This document shows, piece after piece, positions 22,885 to 34,800 of a stretch of DNA of 64,000 nucleotides. The position numbers and the translations under genes are program-made. The notes under the pieces were generated by a model. The model saw only the letters and a program-made list of their open reading frames with translations. It was not told where the DNA came from and searched no databases. Position 1 is the first letter of the stretch. Each line of letters starts with the position of its first letter. Source of the stretch: the human T2T-CHM13v2.0 reference genome, Homo sapiens; the NCBI RefSeq assembly GCF_009914755.1, contig NC_060942.1. One strand, written 5' to 3'.

Positions 22885-25800
22885 CATTCTCAGAAACTTA
22901 CTCGTGATGTGTGTACTCAACTAAAGGAGTAGAAACTTTCTTTTCATAGAGAAGTTTTGAAACGCTCTTTTTGTGGAATCTGCAGGTGGATATTTGGCTA
23001 GTTTTGAGGATTACGTTGGAAACGGGAATTCATACAAATTGCAGACTGCAGCGTTCTGAGAAACATCTTTGTGATGTTTGTATTCAGGACACAGAGTTGA
23101 ACATTCCCTATCATAGAGCAGGTTTGAATCACTCCTTTTGTAGTATCTGGAAGTGGACATTTGGAGCGCTTTCAGGCCTATGTTGGAAAAGGAAATATCT
23201 TCCCATAACAAATAGACAGAAACATTCTCAGAAACTTATTTGAGATGTGTGTACTCAACTAAGAATTGAACCACCGTTTTGAAGGAGCAGTTTTGAAACA
23301 CTCTTTTTCTGGAATCTGCAAGTGGATATTTGGCTAGCTTTGGGGATTTCGCTGGAAGCGGGAATACATATAAAAAGCACACAGCAGCGTTCTGAGAAAC
23401 TTCTTTCTGATGTTCGCATTCAAGTCAAAATTTGAACACTCCCTTTCGTAGAGCAGTCTTGAAACTCCCCTTTTGTGGTATCTGGAAGTGGACATTTGGA
23501 GTGCTTTCAGGGCTAGGGTGAAAAAGGAAATATCTTCCCATAAAAACTGGACAGAAGCATTCTCAGAAACTTGTTTATGCTGTATCTACTCAGCTAACAA
23601 AGTTGAACCTTTCTTTTGATAGAGCAGTTTTGAAATGCTCTTTTTGTGGAGTCTACAAGTGGATATTTGGCTAGTTTTGAGGATTTCGTTGGAAGCGGGA
23701 ATTCATATAAATTGCAGACTGCAGCGTTCTGAGAAACATCTTTGTGATGTTTGTATTCAGGACACAGAGTTGAACATTCCCTATCATAGAGCAGGTTGGA
23801 ATCACTCCTTTTGTAGTATCTGGAAGTGGCCATTTCGAGCGCTTTGAGGCCTATGTTGAAAAAGGAAATATCTTCCCATAACAAGTAGACACAAGCATTC
23901 TCAGAAACTTGTTTGTGATGTGTGCCCTCTACTGACAGAGTTGAACCTTTCTTTTCATAGAGCAGTTTCGAAACACTCTTTTTGTAGAATCTGCAAGAGG
24001 ATATTTGCGTAGCTTTGAGGATTTCGTGGGAAACGGGATTGTCTTCAGGTAAAATCTAGACAGAAGCATTCTCAGAAAATTCTTCGGGATGTTTGCATTC
24101 AAGTCACAGAGTAGAACATTCCCTTTGGTAGAGCAGGTTTGAAACACTCTTTTTGTAGTATCTGGAAGTGGACATTTGGAGCGCTTTCAGGCCTATGTTG
24201 GAAAGGGAAATATCTTCCCGTAACAACTAGGCAGAAGCATTCTCAGAAACTTATTTGAGATGTGTGTACTGAACTAAGAGAATTGAACCACCGTTTTGAA
24301 GGAGCAGGTTTGAAACACTCTTTTTGTAGTATCTGGAAGTGGACATTTGGAGCGCTTTCAGGCCTATGTTGGAAAGGGAAATATCTTCCCGTAACAACTA
24401 GGCAGAAGCATTCTCAGAAACTTATTTGAGATGTGTGTACTCAACTAAGAGAATTGAACCACCGTTTTGAAGGAGCAGTTTTGAAACACTCTTTTTCTGG
24501 AATCTGCAAGAGGATATTTGCATAGATTTGAGGATTTCGTTGGAAACGGGATTGTCTTCAGATCCAATCTAGACAGAAGCATTCTCAGAAACTTCTTTGG
24601 GATGTTTGCATTCAAGTCACAGAGTAGAACATTCCCTTTGGTAGAGCAGGTTTGAAACACTCTTTTTTTAGTATATGGAAGTGGACATTTGGAGCGCTTT
24701 CAGGCCTACGTTGGAAAAGGAAATATCTTCCCATAACAACCAGACAGAAGCATTCTCAGAAACTAGTTTCTGATGTGTGTCCTCAACTAACACAGTTGAA
24801 CATTTCTTTAGACAGAACAGTTTTGAAACACTCTCTTTGTGGAATCTGCAAGTGGATATTTGGCTAGATTTGAGGATTTCGTTGGAAACGGGATTACATA
24901 TAAAAAGCAGACAGCAGCATTCTCAGAAACTTCTTTGTGATGATTGCATTCAAGTCACAGAATTGAACATTCCCTTCCACAGAGCAGGTTTGAAACACTC
25001 TTTTTGTAGTGTGTGTAAGTGGACATTTGGAGCGCTTTCCGGCCTAAGGTGAACAAGGAAATATCTTCCCATAAAAACTAGACAGAAGTATTCTCAGAAA
25101 CTTACTCGTGATGTGTGTCCTCAACTAAAGGAGTAGAACCTTTCTTTTCATAGAGAAGTTTTGAAACGCTCTTTTTGTGGAATCTGCAAGTGGATATTTG
25201 GCTAGTTTTGAGGATTTCGTTGGAAGCGGGAATTCATACAAATTGCAGACTGCAGCGTTCTGAGAAACATCTTTGTGATGTTTGTATTCAGGACACAGAG
25301 TTGAACGTTCCCTATCATAGAGCAGGTTTGAATCACTCCTTTTGTAGTATCTGGAAGTGGACATTTGGAGCGCTTTCCGGCCTCAGGTGAAAAAGGAAAT
25401 ATCTTCCCATAAAAACTAGACAGAAGCATTCTCAGAAACTTACTCGTGATGTGTGTCCTCAACTAAAGGGGTAGAACCTTTCTTTTGATAGAGCAGTTTT
25501 GAAACACTCTTTTTGTAGAATCTGCAAGTGGATATTTCGATAGCTTTGTGGATTTCGTTGGAAACGGGAATATCTTCATATAAAATCTAGAGAGAAGTAT
25601 TATCAGAAACTTCCTTGTGATGGTTGCATTCAAGTCACAGAGTTGAACATTCGCTTTCATAGAGCATGTTTGAAACACTCTTTTTCCATTACCTGGAAGT
25701 GGACTTTTGGAGCGCTTTGAGGCCTATGGTGAAAAAGGAAATATCTTCCCAAAAAAACTAGACAGAAGCATTCTCAGAAACTTATTTGTGATGTGTGTCC

Positions 25801-28800
25801 TCAACTGACAGAGTTGAACATTTCTTTTGAGAGAGCAGTTTTGAAACACTCTTTTTGTGGAATCTGCAAGTGGATATTTGGCTGGCTTTGAGGATTTCGT
25901 TGGAAACGGGAATACATATAAAAAGCAGACAGCAGCGTTCTGAGAAACTTCTTGGTGATGTTTGCATTCAAGTCACAGAATTGAACATTCCCTTTGATAG
26001 AACAGGTTTGAAACACTCCTTTTCTCATATCTGGAAGTGTCCATTCGGAGCGCATTCAGGCTTGTGTTGAAAAAGGATATATCTTCCCATAACAACTAGA
26101 CAGAAGCATTCTCAGAAACTAGATTCTGATGTGTGTCCTCAACTAACACAGTTGAACATTTCTTTAGACAGAACAGTTTTGAAACACTCTTTTTGTGGAA
26201 TTTGCAAGTGGATATTTGGCTAGATTTGAGCATTTCGTTGGAAACGGGATTACATATAAAAAGCAGACAGCGGCATTCTCAGAAAGTTCTTTGTGATGAT
26301 TGCATTCAAGTCACAGAATTGAACATTCCCTTTCACAGAGCAGATTTGAAACACTCTTTTTGTAGTGTGTGTAAGTGGACATTTGGAGCGCTTTCCGGCC
26401 TAAGGTGAAAAAGGAAATATCTTCCCATAAAAACTAGACAGAAGCATTCTCAGAAACTTACTCGTGATGTGTGTACTCAAGTAAAGGAGTAGAAACTTTC
26501 TTTTCATAGAGAAGTTTTGAAACGCTCTTTTTGTGGAATCTGCAAGTGGATATTTGGCTAGTTTTGAGGATTTCGTTGGAGCGGGAATTCATACAAATTG
26601 CAGACTGCAGCGTTCTGAGAAACATCTTTGTGATGTTTGTATTCAGGACACAGAGTTGAACGTTCCCTATCATAGAGCAGGTTTGAATCACTCCTTTTGT
26701 AGTATCTGGAAGTGGACATTTGGAGCGCTTTCAGGCCTATGTTGGAAAAGGAAATATCTTCCCATAACAAATAGACAGAAGCATTCTCAGAAACTTATTT
26801 GAGATGTGTGTACTCAACTAAGAGAATTGAACCACCGTTTTGAAGGAGCAGTTTTGAAACACTCTTTTTCTGGAATCTGCAAGTGGATATCTGGCTAGCT
26901 TTGGGGATTTCGCTGGAAGCGGGAATACATATAAAAAGCACACAGCAGCGTTCTGAGAAACTTCTTTCTGATGTTCGCATTCAAGTCAAAAGTTGAACAC
27001 TCCCTTTCATAGAGCAGTCTTGAAACTCCCCTTTTGTGGTATCTGGAAGTGGACATTTGGAGTGCTTTCAGGGCTAAGGTGAAAAAGGAAATATCTTCCC
27101 ATAAAAACTGGACAGAAGCATTCTCAGAAACTTGTTTATGCTGTATCTACTCAGCTAACAAAGTTGAACCTTTCTTTTGATAGAGCAGTTTTGAAATGCT
27201 CTTTTTGTGGAGTCTGCAAGTGGATATTTGGTTAGTTTTGAGGATTTCTTTGGAAGCGGGAATTCATACAAATTGCAGACTGCAGCGTTCTGAGAAACAT
27301 CTTTGTGATGTTTGTATTCAGGACACAGAGTTGAACATTCCCTATCATAGAGCAGGTTGGAATCACTCCTTTTGTAGTATCTGGAAGTGGACATTTGGAG
27401 CGCTTTCAGGCCTATGTTGAAAAAGGAAATATCTTCCCATAACAAGTAGACACAAGCATTCTCAGAAACTTGTTTGTGATGTGTGCCCTCTACTGACAGA
27501 GTTGAACCTTTCTTTTCATAGAGCAGTTTCGAAACACTCTTTTTGTAGAATCTGCAAGAGGATATTTGCATAGCTTTGAGGATTTCGTGGGAAACGGGAT
27601 TGTCTTCAGGTAAAATCTAGACAGAAGCATTCTCAGAAAATTCTTCGGGATGTTTGCATTCAAGTCACAGAGTAGAACATTCCCTTTGGTAGAGCAGGTT
27701 TGAAACACTCTTTTTGTAGTATCTGGAAGTGGACATTTGGAGCGCTTTCAGGCCTATGTTGGAAAGGGAAATATCTTCCCGTAACAACTAGGCAGAAGCA
27801 TTCTCAGAAACTTATTTGAGATGTGTGTACTGAACTAAGAGAATTGAACCACCGTTTTGAAGGAGCAGGTTTGAAACACTCTTTTTGTAGTATCTGGAAG
27901 TGGACATTTGGAGCGCTTTCAGGCCTATGTTGGAAAGGGAAATATCTTCCCGTAACAACTAGGCAGAAGCATTCTCAGAAACTTATTTGAGATGTGTGTA
28001 CTCAACTAAGAGAATTGAACCACCGTTTTGAAGGAGCAGTTTTGAAACACTCTTTTTCTGGAATCTGCAAGAGGATATTTGCATAGATTTGAGGATTTCG
28101 TTGGAAACGGGATTGTCTTCAGATCCAATCTAGACAGAAGCATTCTCAGAAACTTCTTTGGGATGTTTGCATTCAAGTCACAGAGTAGAACATTCCCTTT
28201 GGTAGAGCAGGTTTGAAACACTCTTTTTTTAGTATATGGAAGTGGACATTTGGAGCGCTTTCAGGCCTACGTTGGAAAAGGAAATATCTTCCCATAACAA
28301 CTAGACAGAAGCATTCTCAGAAACTAGTTTCTGATGTGTGTCCTCAACTAACACAGTTGAACATTTCTTTAGACAGAGCAGATTTGAAACACTCTCTTTG
28401 TGGAATCTGCAAGTGGATATTTGGCTAGATTTGAGGATTTCGTTGGAAACGGGATTACATATAAAAAGCAGACAGCAGCATTCTCAGAAACTTCTTTGTG
28501 ATGATTGCATTCAAGTCACAGAATTGAACATTCCCTTTCACAGAGCAGGTTTGAAACACTCTTTTTGTAGTGTGTGTAAGTGGACATTTGGAGCGCTTTC
28601 CGGCCTAAGGTGAACAAGGAAATATCTTCCTATAAAAACTAGACAGAAGTATTCTCAGAAACTTACTCGTGATGTGTGTCCTCAACTAAAGGAGTAGAAC
28701 CTTTCTTTTCATAGAGAAGTTTTGAAACGCTCTTTTTGTGGAATCTGCAAGTGGATATTTGGCTAGTTTTGAGGATTTCGTTGGAAGCGGGAATTCATAC

Positions 28801-31800
28801 AAATTGCAGACTGCAGCGTTCTGAGAAACATCTTTGTGATGTTTGTATTCAGGACACAGAGTTGAACGTTCCCTATCATAGAGCAGGTTTGAATCACTCC
28901 TTTTGTAGTATCTGGAAGTGGACATTTGGAGCGCTTTCCGGCCTCAGGTGAAAAAGGAAATATCTTCCCATAAAAACTAGACAGAAGCATTCTCAGAAAC
29001 TTACTCGTGATGTGTGTCCTCAACTAAAGGGGTAGAACCTTTCTTTTGATAGAGCAGTTTTGAAACACTCTTTTTGTAGAATCTGCAAGTGGATATTTCG
29101 ATAGCTTTGTGGATTTCGTTGGAAACGGGAATATCTTCATATAAAATCTAGAGAGAAGTATTATCAGAAACTTCCTTGTGATGGTTGCATTCAAGTCACA
29201 GAGTTGAACATTCGCTTTCATAGAGCATGTTTGAAACACTCTTTTTCCATTACCTGGAAGTGGACTTTTGGAGCGCTTTGAGGCCTATGGTGAAAAAGGA
29301 AATATCTTCCCAAAAAAACTAGACAGAAGCATTCTCAGAAACTTATTTGTGATGTGTGTCCTCAACTGACAGAGTTGAACATTTCTTTTGAGAGAGCAGT
29401 TTTGAAACACTCTTTTTGTGGAATCTGCAAGTGGATATTTGGCTGGCTTTGAGGATTTCGTTGGAAACGGGAATACATATAAAAAGCAGACAGCAGCGTT
29501 CTGAGAAACTTCTTGGTGATGTTTGCATTCAAGTCACAGAATTGAACATTCCCTTTGATAGAACAGGTTTGAAACACTCCTTTTCTCATATCTGGAAGTG
29601 TCCATTCGGAGCGCATTCAGGCTTGTGTTGAAAAAGGATATATCTTCCCATAACAACTAGACAGAAGCATTCTCAGAAACTAGTTTCTGATGTGTGTCCT
29701 CAACTAACACAGTTGAACATTTCTTTAGACAGAACAGTTTTGAAACACTCTTTTTGTGGAATTTGCAAGTGGATATTTGGCTAGATTTGAGCATTTCGTT
29801 GGAAACGGGATTACATATAAAAAGCAGACAGCGGCATTCTCAGAAAGTTCTTTGTGATGATTGCATTCAAGTCACAGAATTGAACATTCCCTTTCACAGA
29901 GCAGGTTTGAAACACTCTTTTTGTAGTGTGTGTAAGTGGACATTTGGAGCGCTTTCCGGCCTAAGGTGAAAAAGGAAATATCTTCCCATAAAAACTAGAC
30001 AGAAGCATTCTCAGAAACTTACTCGTGATGTGTGTACTCAAGTAAAGGAGTAGAAACTTTCTTTTCATAGAGAAGTTTTGAAACGCTCTTTTTGTGGAAT
30101 CTGCAAGTGGATATTTGGCTAGTTTTGAGGATTTCGTTGGAAGCGGGAATTCATACAAATTGCAGACTGCAGCGTTCTGAGAAACATCTTTGTGATGTTT
30201 GTATTCAGGACACAGAGTTGAACATTCCCTATCATAGAGCAGGTTGGAATCACTCCTTTTGTAGTATCTGGAAGTGGACATTTGGAGCGCTTTCAGGCCT
30301 ATGTTGGAAAAGGAAATATCTTCCCATAACAAATAGACAGAAGCATTCTCAGAAACTTATTTGAGATGTGTGTACTCAACTAAGAGAATTGAACCACCGT
30401 TTTGAAGGAGCAGTTTTGAAACACTCTTTTTCTGGAATCTGCAAGTGGATATCTGGCTAGCTTTGGGGATTTCGCTGGAAGCGGGAATACATATAAAAAG
30501 CACACAGCAGCGTTCTGAGAAACTTCTTTCTGATGTTCGCATTCAAGTCAAAAGTTGAACACTCCCTTTCATAGAGCAGTCTTGAAACTCCCCTTTTGTG
30601 GTATCTGGAAGTGGACATTTGGAGTGCTTTCAGGGCTAAGGTGAAAAAGGAAATATCTTCCCATAAAAACTGGACAGAAGCATTCTCAGAAACTTGTTTA
30701 TGCTGTATCTACTCAGCTAACAAAGTTGAACCTTTCTTTTGATAGAGCAGTTTTGAAATGCTCTTTTTGTGGAGTCTGCAAGTGGATATTTGGTTAGTTT
30801 TGAGGATTTCTTTGGAAGCGGGAATTCATACAAATTGCAGACTGCAGCGTTCTGAGAAACATCTTTGTGATGTTTGTATTCAGGACACAGAGTTGAACAT
30901 TCCCTATCATAGAGCAGGTTGGAATCACTCCTTTTGTAGTATCTGGAAGTGGACATTTGGAGCGCTTTCAGGCCTATGTTGAAAAAGGAAATATCTTCCC
31001 ATAACAAGTAGACACAAGCATTCTCAGAAACTTGTTTGTGATGTGTGCCCTCTACTGACAGAGTTGAACCTTTCTTTTCATAGAGCAGTTTCGAAACACT
31101 CTTTTTGTAGAATCTGCAAGAGGATATTTGCATAGCTTTGAGGATTTCGTGGGAAACGGGATTGTCTTCAGGTAAAATCTAGACAGAAGCATTCTCAGAA
31201 AATTCTTCGGGATGTTTGCATTCAAGTCACAGAGTAGAACATTCCCTTTGGTAGAGCAGGTTTGAAACACTCTTTTTGTAGTATCTGGAAGTGGACATTT
31301 GGAGCGCTTTCAGGCCTATGTTGGAAAGGGAAATATCTTCCCGTAACAACTAGGCAGAAGCATTCTCAGAAACTTATTTGAGATGTGTGTACTGAACTAA
31401 GAGAATTGAACCACCGTTTTGAAGGAGCAGGTTTGAAACACTCTTTTTGTAGTATCTCGAAGTGGACATTTGGAGCGCTTTCAGGCCTATGTTGGAAAGG
31501 GAAATATCTTCCCGTAACAACTAGGCAGAAGCATTCTCAGAAACTTATTTGAGATGTGTGTACTCAACTAAGAGAATTGAACCACCGTTTTGAAGGAGCA
31601 GTTTTGAAACACTCTTTTTCTGGAATCTGCAAGAGGATATTTGCATAGATTTGAGGATTTCGTTGGAAACGGGATTGTCTTCAGATCCAATCTAGACAGA
31701 AGCATTCTCAGAAACTTCTTTGGGATGTTTGCATTCAAGTCACAGAGTAGAACATTCCCTTTGGTAGAGCAGGTTTGAAACACTCTTTTTTTAGTATATG

Positions 31801-34800
31801 GAAGTGGACATTTGGAGCGCTTTCAGGCCTACGTTGGAAAAGGAAATATCTTCCCATAACAACTAGACAGAAGCATTCTCAGAAACTAGTTTCTGATGTG
31901 TGTCCTCAACTAACACAGTTGAACATTTCTTTAGACAGAGCAGATTTGAAACACTCTCTTTGTGGAATCTGCAAGTGGATATTTGGCTAGATTTGAGGAT
32001 TTCGTTGGAAACGGGATTACATATAAAAAGCAGACAGCAGCATTCTCAGAAACTTCTTTGTGATGATTGCATTCAAGTCACAGAATTGAACATTCCCTTT
32101 CACAGAGCAGGTTTGAAACACTCTTTTTGTAGTGTGTGTAAGTGGACATTTGGAGCGCTTTCCGGCCTAAGGTGAACAAGGAAATATCTTCCTATAAAAA
32201 CTAGACAGAAGTATTCTCAGAAACTTACTCGTGATGTGTGTCCTCAACTAAAGGAGTAGAACCTTTCTTTTCATAGAGAAGTTTTGAAACGCTCTTTTTG
32301 TGGAATCTGCAAGTGGATATTTGGCTAGTTTTGAGGATTTCGTTGGAAGCGGGAATTCATACAAATTGCAGACTGCAGCGTTCTGAGAAACATCTTTGTG
32401 ATGTTTGTATTCAGGACACAGAGTTGAACGTTCCCTATCATAGAGCAGGTTTGAATCACTCCTTTTGTAGTATCTGGAAGTGGACATTTGGAGCGCTTTC
32501 CGGCCTCAGGTGAAAAAGGAAATATCTTCCCATAAAAACTAGACAGAAGCATTCTCAGAAACTTACTCGTGATGTGTGTCCTCAACTAAAGGGGTAGAAC
32601 CTTTCTTTTGATAGAGCAGTTTTGAAACACTCTTTTTGTAGAATCTGCAAGTGGATATTTCGATAGCTTTGTGGATTTCGTTGGAAACGGGAATATCTTC
32701 ATATAAAATCTAGAGAGAAGTATTATCAGAAACTTCCTTGTGATGGTTGCATTCAAGTCACAGAGTTGAACATTCGCTTTCATAGAGCATGTTTGAAACA
32801 CTCTTTTTCCATTACCTGGAAGTGGACTTTTGGAGCGCTTTGAGGCCTATGGTGAAAAAGGAAATATCTTCCCAAAAAAACTAGACAGAAGCATTCTCAG
32901 AAACTTATTTGTGATGTGTGTCCTCAACTGACAGAGTTGAACATTTCTTTTGAGAGAGCAGTTTTGAAACACTCTTTTTGTGGAATCTGCAAGTGGATAT
33001 TTGGCTGGCTTTGAGGATTTCGTTGGAAACGGGAATACATATAAAAAGCAGACAGCAGCGTTCTGAGAAACTTCTTGGTGATGTTTGCATTCAAGTCACA
33101 GAATTGAACATTCCCTTTGATAGAACAGGTTTGAAACACTCCTTTTCTCATATCTGGAAGTGTCCATTCGGAGCGCATTCAGGCTTGTGTTGAAAAAGGA
33201 TATATCTTCCCATAACAACTAGACAGAAGCATTCTCAGAAACTAGATTCTGATGTGTGTCCTCAACTAACACAGTTGAACATTTCTTTAGACAGAACAGT
33301 TTTGAAACACTCTTTTTGTGGAATTTGCAAGTGGATATTTGGCTAGATTTGAGCATTTCGTTGGAAACGGGATTACATATAAAAAGCAGACAGCGGCATT
33401 CTCAGAAAGTTCTTTGTGATGATTGCATTCAAGTCACAGAATTGAACATTCCCTTTCACAGAGCAGATTTGAAACACTCTTTTTGTAGTGTGTGTAAGTG
33501 GACATTTGGAGCGCTTTCCGGCCTAAGGTGAAAAAGGAAATATCTTCCCATAAAAACTAGACAGAAGCATTCTCAGAAACTTACTCGTGATGTGTGTACT
33601 CAAGTAAAGGAGTAGAAACTTTCTTTTCATAGAGAAGTTTTGAAACGCTCTTTTTGTGGAATCTGCAAGTGGATATTTGGCTAGTTTTGAGGATTTCGTT
33701 GGAAGCGGGAATTCATACAAATTGCAGACTGCAGCGTTCTGAGAAACATCTTTGTGATGTTTGTATTCAGGACACAGAGTTGAACGTTCCCTATCATAGA
33801 GCAGGTTTGAATCACTCCTTTTGTAGTATCTGGAAGTGGACATTTGGAGCGCTTTCAGGCCTATGTTGGAAAAGGAAATATCTTCCCATAACAAATAGAC
33901 AGAAGCATTCTCAGAAACTTATTTGAGATGTGTGTACTCAACTAAGAGAATTGAACCACCGTTTTGAAGGAGCAGTTTTGAAACACTCTTTTTCTGGAAT
34001 CTGCAAGTGGATATCTGGCTAGCTTTGGGGATTTCGCTGGAAGCGGGAATACATATAAAAAGCACACAGCAGCGTTCTGAGAAACTTCTTTCTGATGTTC
34101 GCATTCAAGTCAAAAGTTGAACACTCCCTTTCATAGAGCAGTCTTGAAACTCCCCTTTTGTGGTATCTGGAAGTGGACATTTGGAGTGCTTTCAGGGCTA
34201 AGGTGAAAAAGGAAATATCTTCCCATAAAAACTGGACAGAAGCATTCTCAGAAACTTGTTTATGCTGTATCTACTCAGCTAACAAAGTTGAACCTTTCTT
34301 TTGATAGAGCAGTTTTGAAATGCTCTTTTTGTGGAGTCTGCAAGTGGATATTTGGTTAGTTTTGAGGATTTCTTTGGAAGCGGGAATTCATACAAATTGC
34401 AGACTGCAGCGTTCTGAGAAACATCTTTGTGATGTTTGTATTCAGGACACAGAGTTGAACATTCCCTATCATAGAGCAGGTTGGAATCACTCCTTTTGTA
34501 GTATCTGGAAGTGGACATTTGGAGCGCTTTCAGGCCTATGTTGAAAAAGGAAATATCTTCCCATAACAAGTAGACACAAGCATTCTCAGAAACTTGTTTG
34601 TGATGTGTGCCCTCTACTGACAGAGTTGAACCTTTCTTTTCATAGAGCAGTTTCGAAACACTCTTTTTGTAGAATCTGCAAGAGGATATTTGCATAGCTT
34701 TGAGGATTTCGTGGGAAACGGGATTGTCTTCAGGTAAAATCTAGACAGAAGCATTCTCAGAAAATTCTTCGGGATGTTTGCATTCAAGTCACAGAGTAGA

